Source: the human T2T-CHM13v2.0 reference genome, Homo sapiens. Taken from it: a stretch of DNA of 64,000 bases. The DNA is taken from assembly GCF_009914755.1 (NCBI RefSeq), contig NC_060927.1. The stretch is one strand, 5' to 3'. The position numbers and the translations under genes are program-made. Under the pieces are notes generated by a model, which did not search any database, was not told the origin of the DNA, and worked only from the letters and a program-made list of their open reading frames with translations. Positions 12,291-27,238 of the stretch are shown here, one piece after another (the stretch's first letter is position 1; each line of letters starts with the position of its first letter).

Positions 12291-12671
12291 ATATGTACAC
12301 ATATATACATACACACACAAACACATATACCAACAAAACCAAAAATTTTTGTTCCAACAGTAACTGAAAATATCTATGTTATAGGAAGGACAACAAAGAG
12401 GAGAATTTCATCCATGGTTTTAGAAAAGTAAGAGAGCTATTGTTACTGTCAAGAGTGAGTGCAAGGAATGGACCTTTAGAGCCATAACTAGTGGAGGCAC
12501 TAATGATCATTCTCTGTCTAGTTACTTGAGACTCATGTTTGATCTTTGGTACCAAAGAAGAAAGGATGATGGTTATGTTGGTAATTTCTTTAGAATTGCT
12601 TAGCACGAGCAACATATCTTGAATTCTAAGAGACTAAATACGTTATCTTGAACAAAACTGCCTCTAGCTTA

Positions 12672-12885
12672 GGAATCAGCTAATTTATTTTTTTTTCTGC
12701 AAAGGGCCAGATGGTAAATATTTTTGGCTATGTGAGCCATATGGTCTCATTTGCAACTTCTCAACTCTGCCCTTATAGTGCAAAAGCAGCCATAGGAAAA
12801 AAATACAAAAACAAATGGGTATGGCAGGTTTTGGCCTTCAAGAAGCCAGATTTGCCCAATGGGCTGTAGTTTTTGACTCTTGCTC
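12672..12885. mobile_element. MER58A-like DNA transposon
   Basis: tctgcaaagggccagatggtaaatatttttggct...caactctgcc...agtgcaaaagcagccatag. Confidence 0.7.
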
Positions 12886-14356
12886 TAACTCTGCAAGGAA
12901 GTACATTCTCTGAAATGTTTAGCCGGCTGATTTTTCTGTGTCAGTGGAATACCCAAAAATTTTGCAGTATAAGATTAGACAGCTGAATTTTGGTACTGTA
13001 ATAATAACAACTGTAACAACACCACCACCACCATAAATAGCTAGTGTTTATGTGCCAGGCATTGTTTCAAGTGCCTCTCTTAATATCGGCCCATTTAATT
13101 ATCACAAGAGCTATGTCATTTAAGTAATATTGTTGTCCTCATTTTATGGATAAGAAATCTGAAGTGTAGTGAGATTAAAAAGCTGGTCCAGTCACACAGC
13201 CAAAGACTGGCAAAGCAGAGACTGAAAACTGTCTTCTGACTCCAAAGAGCAGGTTTTTAACTTCATGAATATACCACCTTTCCACAGAGCAAGCACTGAA
13301 ATCTTATAGCGAGGGGCAGAGCTAACTCTTTGGGACCCTGTTCTGAGTTGGGAGAAGGAATGATTCAAATTTGATTGACCATCTCATTTTATTTCTTTGG
13401 AAAAGAAGAAAGATGTGATCTGTTTTGTTATTGCAGTTACTGACAAATAATTTAAGTGGATAAAGTCTGATAACCAAATCCCAACCTAAAAATTAAAATG
13501 ATTCCTCTCTAGATATAAATATTCTACTCTTTTCAGGTTTATGGTTTGTGAATCTTTATTTATAATTTTTTAAATATTTTATCACAATACTTTAAGGGAA
13601 GGACTCTTTAATTTACAGGTAAAAACACCTGTGGTATATTTTTACGCATATAAAAATATCATAGGTATTTTATATATATAGTATTTATACCATAGGTAAA
13701 AGCACAGATAGTATATAATATGTGCTCATATATGCTCATTTTAAAAATGTAAAATAGTGCAGAAGCTATGTCAGTCCTTTCTCCACATCCCTGACCGCTT
13801 GTTAGTAACACTGTGCAACCTCACAGTGAACTAAAATATGTGTTGCCATTTTGATCTAGTCTAACATCAGCAAACAGCATATAAGAACTTTCTTTATCCT
13901 TTCATTGCTTAATTCTACCATGGCCAACCTCTGTTAAAGGTAGTCTGGTAGTGAATAACCTACCAGAAGATCTGTTTGCTTTTCCAGAGTGGTGCAATGG
14001 GAGAAATGGGAGAGTTGGGCTTGATAAGCCTGGATCTAAGTCACTAGCACTGGGCCTAATTTTTCTCACGAAGATAGAGTCAATCTGTAAAATGGAGTCA
14101 ATATATTACCTGTCTAACAATGGTCTTGAGACTCAAATCCATTTGTTCAATATACTAAATATAATCCTCTGTACAAAGAGTAGATATTATATTTAAAGAG
14201 TAGTGTGTTGTTTTTCATATTAATGAATTATCCAGGAGCTTGATTGCTAAGTACAGAAAAATGTATTGTTTTTTTATTTTATCATTTGTATACATTTATA
14301 TCAATTTATTATTATTACTACTACTATTATTATCATTGTGTTATCCTTGTGACCTA

Positions 14357-14651
<295 letters not shown>

Positions 14652-15518
14652 TGTGACCTATTATTAAATGGAGAAAAGCTTTGTCCAGGCAAAAAGAACC
14701 ATATCCAGACTTTAGGAATTTCCCCTACAGTAAGCAGTCTAAGGCATTGAAATATTAACAAAGAAGCTTATGAAATTCCTTCTGTAGAGATGAAAGGTTA
14801 GAAAGCTGCCTTTCCTGGCTAGCTTATGCCCACCCCTTTTTAGCAGTAGGGGTGGATTAGATGACCTCTCAAGGTTCTTTCTAGCTATGGTTTTGTTTTT
14901 TGATGTCTACTTAAAGATTATGCTAATATTGCTGATGTGAAATCCTTTGTACACAAGGATGGTTGAAAACACTGGCTCATGATCTGAATCTATGCCTGCC
15001 TGGTTAAAACTGTATACTTGAAATTAACAGGGCTCAAATGCTCATGTTTTATACAAACCATTGGGTCTTTTTTTTCTTCTCAAGAAGATTTTTTTCTTAG
15101 TTGTCTTCTGTTCTAAAGCAAGAGGGAGAAGGTTGATAAAAATGCATTCAGTTATAGAAGGAATTAGATTATTTTAATAACTAAGCTCAGTTATATTGTG
15201 GTTCACAAAAATGAATGAATAATAATGTAGAGTGCAAAGATCCAGGAGGTAATCCCCTAGACGAGACATTGCTGGAGCAGCATATTAACTAGAAAAGAGC
15301 CATTGTTAGAGGAGAGCAGAGAGAGAATTCTCCAAATCCATAAGTGTCTTGTATTTAATAAGTAACTTGTATAATACTTAAAGAAAATAGGCTCTGGAGC
15401 TAGCCTTCCTGGGTTCAGATACTGGCTCTGCCCCTTGTGCATTCTGTGACCTTGGGAATTTATTTAACCTCTCTGTACCTTGTGTTTCTCATCTGTAAGT
15501 GGGGATGATAATAGTACC

Positions 15519-16003
15519 ATATTAGTCAGGGTTCTCTAGAGGGACAGACTAATAAAATATATATATATACACACACACACATATATATGTAGTATTAAGA
15601 GGAGTTTATTAAGTATTTATTAAGTTTATTAAGTATTATTAAGTATTAACTCAATAATCACGAAGTCCCACAATAGGTTGTCTGCAGGCTGAGGAGCAAG
15701 GAGAGCCAGTCTGAGTTCCAAAACTGAGGAACTTGGAGTCCAATGTTTGAGAGCAGGAAGCATCCAGGATGGGAGAAAGATGAAGGCTGGGAGGCTAGGC
15801 CAGTTTCTCTTTTCACATTTTTCTTCCTGCTTATATTCTAGCTGTGCTGGCAGCTGATTAGATTGTGCCCACCCAGATTAAGGGTGGGTCTGCCTTTCCC
15901 AGCCCACTGACTCAAATGTTAATCTCTTTTGGCAGCACCCTCACAGACACACCCAGGATCAGTACTTTGTATCCTTCAATCCAATCAAGTTGACATTCAG
16001 TTA
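15519..16003. mobile_element. MLT2A-like LTR inserted in a MIR (15380-16095)
   Basis: tattagtcagggttctctagagggacaga...ccaatcaagttgaca; MIR core ctcatctgtaagtggggatgataatagtacc resumes at acctatttcttagggctgtggtgaagattgaatgag. Confidence 0.8.
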
Positions 16004-16436
16004 CACAAGAACCTATTTCTTAGGGCTGTGGTGAAGATTGAATGAGTGAATACATGTAAAGCGATTAGCACAGTGCCTTGAATATAGTGTGCTTGATAAT
16101 AGTGATTAATTCAAGATGTTAAGTATTATCGTCTTTTATTGTGTTTGTCTTTTGTTTTTGTTTCTTCACTTTTTATCATGGAAAGTTGCCAACACATCCA
16201 AAAACAGAGAAGTGCTGTATAATAACCCCGCCTGTACTCATCAGCAGTTATCTATCTATTCACGGGCAATCATGTTTTACCTAAATGCCTACTCCTATGT
16301 GATTATTTTGAAACAGATCTCATACATCATATTATTTCATTTACAGATATTTCAATGTGTATCTCTAAAACAGAGGTAGCAAACTGTAGCCCAATGTCTG
16401 TTTTATAAGTAAAGTTTTCTTATAATTTAGTGAAGG

Positions 16437-16923
16437 GTTATAGAATAAGTCACTATGGCATAAACATTATTTTGAGCTGAAAGCATTTGAGAATAAGCTT
16501 TTTTTTTTTTTCCCTGAACTCCCTTGCCTGCCTAAAAAGCCTCTCGAAAGAGCTCAATGTTCATAAATTCCTTTTCCAGGAGTTCTGCAACCAGGGAATA
16601 TGGACTCTTAATACTAGGGAGAAACTGGCACCACACCTAACAAACTATCACAAAACTATCCTGTCTTCCATATAAAAGCCCATTTATCTTTCCTAAAAGT
16701 AATTTATTTTTCCATGAATACCTCCCTCCACTTTTCCCCGTTAAGATAGTATATAAGCCACAAATTCTAATGGCCACCTCAAGTCACATTTTCCTATGAA
16801 CTCCCATTTACATATGTGAGTAAAAGTCTATCTTCTCTCTTGTGAATCTGTCATTTGTCAATTTATTAATAATTCACAGGCCTCCAATCACTAAAACTAA
16901 GAGGAAGTTTTTCCTCCCTGTCA
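16437..16923. mobile_element. ERV1-type solo LTR inserted in a MER58-like element
   Basis: LTR-like body with tatataa and a poly(A)-like signal, ending ttttcctccctgtca; MER58-like sequence on both sides. Confidence 0.45.
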
Positions 16924-17112
16924 ACAGCTATCCTCATTCATTTACTTACTGTGTATAGCTGTTTCTGTACCATAATGGTGGAGCTGAGTAGTTGCAACAG
17001 ATACTGTGTGGTCACCAAGCCTAAAATATTTACCATCTGGCCCTTTATAGAAAATGTGTGACAATTTTTACCTAAAAGACAAACAGACTCTCTTTCTCCT
17101 TTAAAAACATAA

Positions 17113-17230
17113 CCATAGTCACTTTTACACCTAAAAACATTAATAATAATGCATTGATATAATCAAATACCCATAGTCACTTTTACACCTAAAAACATTA
17201 ATAACAATGCACTGATATAATCAAATACCC
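17113..17230 (+). repeat. 58-bp tandem duplication
   Basis: ccatagtcacttttacacctaaaaacattaataa(t/c)aatgca(t/c)tgatataatcaaatac x2, 2 mismatches. Confidence 0.95.
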
Positions 17231-17298
17231 AACTGGTGTTCAAATTTTCTCAAATGCCTTATACATTAAAAAAAAGATTTATTAAAAATTGGGATCCA

Positions 17299-17620
17299 GG
17301 CTGGAAGCCATGGCTCATGCCTATAATTCCAACACTTTAGAACACCAAGGTGGAATGATTGCTTGAGGACAGGAGTTCAAGACCAGCCTGGGCAACATAG
17401 CACTCTGTCTCTACAAAAACTTAAAAAAAAAAAAAAAGCCAGGTGTGGTGGTGCATGCCTGTAGTCCTAACTACTTGGGAAACTGAGGTGGGAGGATCAC
17501 TTGACTGCAGGAGTAGGCTGCACTGAGCTATGATCATGCCACTGCCCTCCAGATAGTGACAGAGCAAGACTCTGTCTCTAAAACAACAACACAAACAAAC
17601 AAAAAACAAAAAACAAAAAA
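17299..17620 (+). mobile_element. AluJ element
   Basis: Diverged dimeric Alu with A-rich tail. Confidence 0.9.
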
Positions 17621-17734
17621 TCAAGATCCAAAAGAGGTCAATACATTTGGAAGATGTAGCTCTGAAGTCATTTGAAATAGAAGAGAATCAGTCCTCTTTC
17701 CCCTTGCAATTAAACTGTTAAAGAAACAGGTCAT

Positions 17735-18043
<309 letters not shown>

Positions 18044-18456
18044 TCATTTGTCCTCTAGAGTTTTCCATGCTTATATTTTACTAGTTATAAGTCAGTGGTG
18101 TCCTCCATCCCTTGTATTTCCTATAAATTTGTGGCTAGAATTGGAGACTTTACTTGCTTGAAGTTTACAGGAACACATACCATTCAAGGGTAATGTGTAC
18201 TTCCATCAGGCAGCACATAATGTCTATCTCTGATGTTAGCAGACAGGCAGAGTTTTGACAAGTTCTGAATAAAAATCAGCAATGGAGGTGGTGCCCCTTT
18301 GAACAAGAGAACTATCTGCCTACTAAAATATTGTAGAATTTTTCAAATGTACCTTTATTTATCATGGCAGCTGTAAATAGGTGGAGATTAGCAGTCCTTC
18401 ACAGGGCACAAGCCTCTGAATTGTGCCCATTCTAATGACCTTTAAAATATATCTGG

Positions 18457-18772
18457 AGCCAGGCACGGTGGCTCACGCCTGTAATCCCAGCACTTTGGGA
18501 GGCCAAGGTGGGTGGATCACAAGGTCAGGAGTTCGAGAGCAGTCTGGCCAATATGGTGAAACCCTGTCTCTACTAAAAATACAAAAGTTAGCTGGGCATG
18601 GTGGCGGGCACCTGTAGTCCCAGCTACTCAGGAGGCTGAGGCAGGAGAATTGCTTAAACCGGGAGGCGGACGTTTCAGTGAGCCTAGACTGTGCCACTGC
18701 ACTCCAGCCTGGGCAACAGGGCGAGACTCCATCTTAAAAAATAAAATAAAATAAAATAAAATTGAATAAAAT
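18457..18772 (+). mobile_element. AluS element
   Basis: Dimeric Alu; TSD taaaatatatc(t/c)gga. Confidence 0.95.
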
Positions 18773-18960
18773 AAAATATATCCGGAATCCATCCACTTCT
18801 TTTACTTCCCATGCTCCTGCTACCCTGGTCTATACCACTGTCATCTCCTGTCTGCATCACTGCTGTTGTCTCTTAACAGGCCTCCATGCTTCTGTACTGG
18901 CTTGCCCACAACCTATTCTCAACCCAGCAACCAGAATAACTCTTTTAAAATCCAAGTCAT

Positions 18961-19266
18961 GGATGGGCGCGGTGGCTCATGCCTGTAATCCCAGCACTTT
19001 GGGAGGCTGAGGCGGGTGGATCACAAGGTCAGGAGTTCAATCAAGACTAGCCTGGCCAAGATGATGAAACCCCGTCTCTACTAAAAATACAAAAAATTAG
19101 CTGGGCATGGTGGCAGGCGCTGTAATCTCAGCTACTTGGGAGGCTGAGGGAGAGAACTGCTTAAACCCGGGAGGCGGAGGTTGCAGTAAGCAGAGATTGC
19201 ACTACTGCACTACAGCCTGGGTGGCAGAGCAAGACTCCATCTCAATAAATAAATAAATACATAAAT
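18961..19266 (+). mobile_element. AluS element
   Basis: Dimeric Alu; TSD aaatcca(a/t)gtcat. Confidence 0.95.
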
Positions 19267-19564
19267 AAATCCATGTCATGTCACATGACTACTCTGCTTA
19301 AAACATTCCTATTTTCCCCATATCATTTGAGTAAGTACAAAAGTCCATACCATAGCTCACAAGCCCTAAATAATCTGTGCTCACTCCTGCTCCAGCCTTG
19401 TTCATTTCTTTGTAGACCCTTAGATGCAACCATCATAAAGACCCCATTAGGGCCTTTGCACCTGCTATTCCCTTTGCCTTCTGTGGTCTTCCCCCAGACA
19501 CCCACATGACTTATTCCCTTACCTCCTTCAGGTCTTTGCTCAAATGTCTTCTAAAAAATTCCTA

Positions 19565-19897
<333 letters not shown>

Positions 19898-22509
19898 CTA
19901 GTAAATATTGCATTTGGCCCCCTGCCTCCACACTACTGATTACTCTTAACCCACTCACTTTTTAATTTTCTAAGGCATTAGTCATCTTCTACCACCATAC
20001 CTTTTAATTTACTTATTACGTCTATTGTTTATTTTCTGTTTGTTTCTGCCTGAAGGTCAGTTTCCTAATGGCAGGATTCTTTGTTTTGTTCACTAAATTA
20101 TCCCATGTGCCTAAAACAATGTTTGGCACACAGGAGGTGCCTAAGACATAGTTGTTGAATGAGTGATTGAATTGCTATCACTTATACCTACAAAGAGAAA
20201 ACAAATGTATTTTATGAGCCAAAGGACCTCTGATCATCCCCTCCCAAATACTGTGTGTCTTTCTTCCTCCTAGGCAATCAGTCTGTGCCAGGTGCTATGT
20301 GAAATAGTTTCCAAGTATTATCTCATTTAGTCCTTCAAAGAACCCTAAGAAAATAGGAAATTATTACTCCCATTTCCAGATGATGTAACTCAGGTCTAGG
20401 AAAGTTTAGCTTCTGCCCAAGCTCACATAGATGGAAAAATGCAGAGACAGGACTGGAACTCAAATGTATCTGACCCCTAAATCCCTGCCTTAAACCACAA
20501 ATATAATACTTCCCCAGTGGATGGCATTGCTCTAAGCTTCATTACTTATGGCAATTTCTGTATTCACTTATTCGACAAATATTGGTTGAGTGTTGACTAC
20601 ATGCCAGGTCCTTAGGATATATCAGTGAATGAAACAAAGATTTTTGCCATCACTGAGTTTTTATTACTTCTAACTCCTTTAAGAAATATGATTCAGGGCT
20701 AATATAGAAGGGGGCCGGTCAGTCTCCCAGAGTGAATGATTTTAGGGTCATAGGAAGAGCTCACGCTGTAAAAAAATTGCTCCCCTTCACCACAACTTGT
20801 CATAGTATTCTATCTGAAGTACCTGAATTAATAATACCTTTGGTGAGACTTCAAAGTTGCATTAAAGTGCATTTTTTTTCTGTTTAGTTTCATCCCTACC
20901 TTATAGATGAGAAAACCATCTGTAATCACCCAGGATGATTTTGAGACATTCTCAAAGTCAGTTAGTAAATGGCAGAGCTAGGATTTCTGGCTCCAAATTT
21001 TGTGTTCATTATACTAGAGCAAACATCAGAAAAGAACACGATGAACTAAGTGGGATGGGGGAGTATTCCAGGCAGCCATATCTATAAGAGGAAAATTAGG
21101 AAGATAAAGGCAGCCTGGAAACCCCAATTTACCCATTGATTTTCCCAGAGCTGGGTAACAGGAACCTCTTGGTAGGACAAGAGGAACAAGGGAAGGTCAG
21201 TACTTTTGCAGGCCAGTAGAACAATTAGAAGAAATAGGAAAGGGGTGAAGTTGAGAGACCAGCTGGGTGGACTCTGCTTGGAAGCACCAGGATACTTTAC
21301 TTCAAACTGATTTTCAGAGGGCACAGCCTCAAAGGGATCAGAGAAGGGTATAGAGAAAGTCACCTTGATCTGGTCCATGTCCCTCTACCTTTCCTTGCAT
21401 GGGACAGCTGGACCCAGCAGAACTCAAGTTATTATAGGTAACTTTACTGTGATTTAAACCAGAAATGTCTAATGCATGAGAACTCCATTAGTTTACATTC
21501 TAGTTTTTGGGGGTGTACGGGAGAAAGTGAGACAGAAAGAGACAAGGCTTTGGGTTAAAAAAGTTTCTTTAATTTCTGACTCTGTCATTTACTACCCAAA
21601 TTATTTAAGTTCTCTTAATACCATTTTTCTTATCTGTAAGAAAGAGTTAACAATTCTTACCTTGTAAGTATTTATTCATTAATTCATTAAGCATTTATTG
21701 GCATCTATTATATACAAAGAACTGTACATAATAGGTATTGTAATAATATAAGAATATGTATACATATGAATGTATATATGGCCTGACAATAGTTGTTCAA
21801 TAAGTAGCAACTATTATTATTATTACCAGTGTGCATAAGTAATCAATAATAAGTATGTTGGAATGGTAGTAGTACAAATATCACATCAGTTAGCCTTCCA
21901 GCCATGATTCAAGAGTATTCCTGTGGAACTTTATCTGCCAGGGGGAAAGATTATTTTCCTCTCTAACTGAAAGCACTACGTCTTTCTGCAATGCTTATGT
22001 GACTTCAAACAACCTTGGTCAGCTGTATCCCAGAAGAAAATTAAGCTGGTTGCCCTGAATATCATTCCATTTCATGACGGTTGATATGGATTTGCTAATA
22101 ATTTTCACCTGATAAAGAGGCAGTCAGTAGAAAATTAGAAATTTTAATGAAGATTCTTATTAGCTGTTCCTCACAAATATTGGGACTATAATCAACCCAA
22201 GATTCTTGGCAAAGCAATTCTCATTTCAATTCTCACAAGTAATTATTATTTAGTGTTTATATCGTTTTGTATTTTTTAAAATGTTTTCAATTACTTTTTT
22301 CATTATTCTTTGGGAAAAAAAAACCCAAACCATAAAACAAAACCCTTTGAGGTGTCTTAGCATGTTAATCTCCATTTCACAGATGGGGGAATATGGGACA
22401 GTTCCTAAGCAAATGCCAATATATCCTGTTATGCTAACAAAAATAGTGCAAAGTTCTCTCCTAATGGGTGGCTACAACCAGCATCTACTATTAAACAAGA
22501 AACATATTT

Positions 22510-22512
<3 letters not shown>

Positions 22513-22556
<44 letters not shown>
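22513..22556. repeat. (CA)n microsatellite, ~22 units
   Basis: Perfect AC run. Confidence 0.95.
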
Positions 22557-22558
<2 letters not shown>

Positions 22559-23813
22559 GATACCCTTGGATCAATGCTTGTAATGCTCAGTGAGGAGAAA
22601 AGGCTCGCTGCATGACTTCTCTCCAGAAGATTTGTATATTCAATGAACTTGTAATGAAGATGGTGATTTCATCCCCTCTCTACTAGATTTCTGCCTTTAG
22701 AATCCCCATTTTCCTCCTTGCCTTCTTCTACTCTTCTAATTCAGTTTATCCATCAACTTTTGCTGTCTAACAACCACACAATTTCAGTTGCATGCAACCA
22801 TAAGTATTTGTTTCTGGCTCATGTACCTGTAGGTTGGCAGGGCTGATTCTGCTCCATGCTGAAAAGATAGTATTTACATGGGGTCTGTTTTTCTATTAAG
22901 TGCAGTAGTATAAGCTTTATGCATAAGCACATTTTAAGCCATTTTTGATTGTACATCCCATTGGCCAAAGCAAGGCACATGGCCCCTCTCAAAGTTGAGG
23001 GGCAGGCAAGCTTATTCTACCCACCATAAGGCCATAGAAAAGGTTTTGGATATATTTTTGGTGGCTGCTGAAGGACAATAAAATTCCACAGACACAGGCA
23101 ACATCTTCCTCTTTTCCTCTTGCCTCATCCTTTCTCTGACTTTCCCTTTAGAGTGTAACAGCATGTGCAAAACAGAGTCACAGTAAGATACAGTCCCAGC
23201 AAGACCATGATCCCCAGTGTCCAAATGTGATACCCAGAGAAGCGACCCAGAAATTTCTCATGGGTAGTAGATTTGTAACTGAAATACTTTAATTTTTTTA
23301 CCTCTATATTTAAACACTGCAATGTGACTTTAAAGATCTCCTTGTCAAGAGGCAGAGTCCATTTCCCTACCTCTTGAGTCTGCACTGACTGGTGACTGAC
23401 TTGCTTTGGCTAATAGTATGCAGTGGATGTGATGGTATGTCAATTCTGTGCCTAGTCATCAAGGGCTCTTGTGTGCTTTTGTTCTCTCTTTGCTACTACA
23501 AGGCGAATAAGCCTGATCTAGTTGGCTGAAAGGTGAGAAGACCATATGCAGCAGAGCTGAGACCTCCTAGCTGTCCTTGCTGGAGCCGTTACTGATCACC
23601 CAGTCCATAGCCAACCTACCAGCTAACTGCTTACAGGAGTGTGCTCAGATCAACAACCTGCCTGACTGACCTACAGATATATGAGACATAATACATGTGG
23701 GTTTTTTGTTTTCATTTTTTGTCACTTGAACCGCAGGAATTTTTTTTCTTTTTAAATTTCAACTTTTGTTTTAGATACAGGGTTACATGTGCAGGTTTGT
23801 TACACGGGCATAG

Positions 23814-24098
23814 TTTTTTTTTTTTTGAGACAGAGTCTCGGGCCAGGCTAGAGTGCAGTGGCCCGATCTTGGCTCACTGCAAGCTCCGCCTCCTGGGTTC
23901 AGGCCATTCTCCTGCCTCAGCCTCCTGAGTAGCTGGGACTATAGGCGCCTGCAACCACGCCCGGCTAATTTTTTGTATTTTTAGTAGAGACGGGGCTTCA
24001 CTGTTAGCCAGGATGGTCTCGATCTCCTGACCTCGTGATCTGCCTGCCTCGGCCCCCCAAAGTGCTGGGATTACAGGCGTGAGCCACCGCGCCCAGCC
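23814..24098 (-). mobile_element. AluY element
   Basis: caagctccgcc...ccattctcc diagnostics; TSD taca(c/t)gggcata. Confidence 0.95.
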
Positions 24099-24513
24099 TA
24101 CATGGGCATATTGTGTGATGCTGAAGTGTGGGGTACTGATCTTGTCAGCAAGGTAGTGAGTACAGTACCGAATAGGTAGCTTTTTCTACTCATGTCCCCC
24201 TCTTTTCCTTCTCCCTCTAGTAGTCCACAGTGTCTCTTGTTCCTTTGTTTATGTCCATGTGTGTTCAATGTTTAGCTCCCACTTGTAAGTAAGAACATGT
24301 GGGATTTGATTTTCTGTTCCTGTGTTAATTCACTCAGGATTGTAGCCTCCAACTGCATCCATGTTGCTGCAGAACACATGATTTCATTCTTTTTTTAAAT
24401 GGCAATGTAGGATTCCATTGTGTATATGTACCATATTTCCTTCATCCAATCCACCACTGATGGGCACCTAGGTTGATTCCATATCTTTGCCATTGTAAAT
24501 AGTGCTCCAGTGA

Positions 24514-25137
<624 letters not shown>

Positions 25138-26439
25138 AGTACACAAGCCTTTTTGGTAGAATGATTTATTCTCCTTTGGGTATATACCCAGTAATGGGAT
25201 TGTTGGCCATATTGCCCAAAGCAATTTATAGATTCAATGCTATTCTTGTCAAACTACCAATGTCATTCTTCACAGAATTAGAAAAAAAAAATTCTAAAAT
25301 TTGTATGGAATCAAAAAGAACCTGAATAGCCAAACCAATCCTAAGCAAAAAGAACAAAGCCAGAAGCATCACACAATCCAACTTCAAACTATACTATAAG
25401 GCCACAGTAACCAAAACAGCATGGTACTAGTGTAAAAACAGGTACAAAAGTCAATGGAACAGGATACAAAAACTCAGAAATAAAGTGACACACCTACAAC
25501 CATCTAATCTTTGACAAGGCTGACAAAAACAAGCAATGGGGAAAGGACTTCATAGTCAATAAATGGTGCTGGGATAACTAGCTAGCCATATGTAGAAGAA
25601 TGAAACCGGACCCTTACCTTTTACTAAATACAAAAATTAATTCAAAATAGATTAAAGATTTAAATGTAAAACTCAAACTATAAAAATCCTGGAAGAAAAC
25701 CTAGGAGATACCTTTCTTGACATCAGCCTTGGAAAAAAAATTTTGGTTACATCCCAAAAGCAATTGCAACAAAAACAAAAATTGACAAGTGGAATCTAAT
25801 TAAACTAAAAAGCTTCTGCACAGCAAAATAAACTATCAACAGAGTAAACAGACAAGCTACAATATGGGAGAAAACATTCACAAACTATGCATCTGACAAA
25901 GGTCTAATATTCAAAATCTATAAAGAACTTAAACAAATCAACAAGCAAAAAATAACCCTTTTAAAGAATGGGCAAAGGGACATGAACAGACACTTGTCAA
26001 AAGAAGACGTACAAGCAGCCAAAAACATGAAAAAATGCTCATCATCACTAATCATCAGAGAAATGCAAGTCAAATCTACACTGAGATACTCACACCAGTC
26101 AGAATGGCTATTACTAAAAAGTCAAAAAACAGCAGATGCTGGTGAGGCTGCAGAGAAAAAGTAATGCTTATGCACTGTTGGTGGGAATATAAATTAGTTC
26201 AGCGACTGTGGAAAGCAATTTGTTTTGTTTTTAAGAGAGATAAGGTCTTCCTCTGCCACCCAGGCAGGAGTACAGTGGCACAATCATAGGTCATAGCAGA
26301 CTTAAACTCCTGGGCTCAAGAGATGCTCCTGTCTCAGCCATCAGAGTAACTAGGATTGTAGGTGTGCACCAACCACCTGGCGTGTTGTTTGAAACCACTA
26401 AAGTTTAGGTGGTTTGTTAGGAAGATATACTAACAAAAA

Positions 26440-27238
26440 TGATATGGAGAGGAGACAGGGAAATACTGGGTAGAAAAGGGTGGTTGCCTGGCAAAGGCCC
26501 CACCCTCAAGCCTGGATAACTGTGGCCCTAAGTGAGAACAGGCATTCCTGTTTTAATGCCCCCAAAGTTGCTTTTTGGCCTGCCATGCCCCCATCCTGTA
26601 CCCATATAAAACCCTGAACTCCAGGCTCCAGAAGCAGACAAGGAGATGAGGGGATGAATAGATGAACAGCAGAATGGTGAGGCAGAGAAGGAGAGAAAAG
26701 AAGGAATGTTGGGAGGAATTTGGCTGGGGATGGTCAGAGAATTGGCCACTGGATGGCCAAACTCCAGGGAAAGATCATCTTCCCACTCCATCCCCTGTCC
26801 AGCTCCCCATCAATCCTGCTGAGAGCCACCTCCACCACTCAATAAAACCTCCGTATTTATCCTTCAAGTCTGTGTGTGACCTGATTCTTCCGGGATGCTG
26901 CACAAGAGCTCCTGATACAGAAAGCTGTCATACTGGCCCCCTCCCTTTGCAAAAAGGCAGAGGATCCAATGAGCTGGTTAACCCTTAGGCCATCCGCAGA
27001 TGGTAAGGCTAAAAGAGTGCACTGTAACACGTGCCCACTTGGGCTTTGGGAGTGGCAGACACCTACCCCTATAAGCTGCTGTGGGGCCAGAGCCCCAGAT
27101 CACTTGCCCTGGTTCCTGCACCTGACCATCTTCATGCTCTCCCTTCTGTAAGGAGTTTGAGCTTGTGGTAGCCAAACAGAGTCACGTCCCTGTCGCATGT
27201 CCTGTGAAGGGTTGGGGGCAGGGAACTCTCCCACTTCA
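26440..27238 (+). mobile_element. MER50-like ERV1 solo LTR
   Basis: TG...CA ends: tgatatggagaggagacagggaaatactgggtagaa ... gggaactctcccacttca; catataaaa TATA and aataaa; A-run TSD. Confidence 0.75.

Noticed and set aside
11941-14196. Two similar short ORFs (GLDKPGSKSL) suggesting paralogous peptides
   Set aside because: The similarity comes from the DNA duplication; frames differ upstream and there is no splice or codon evidence
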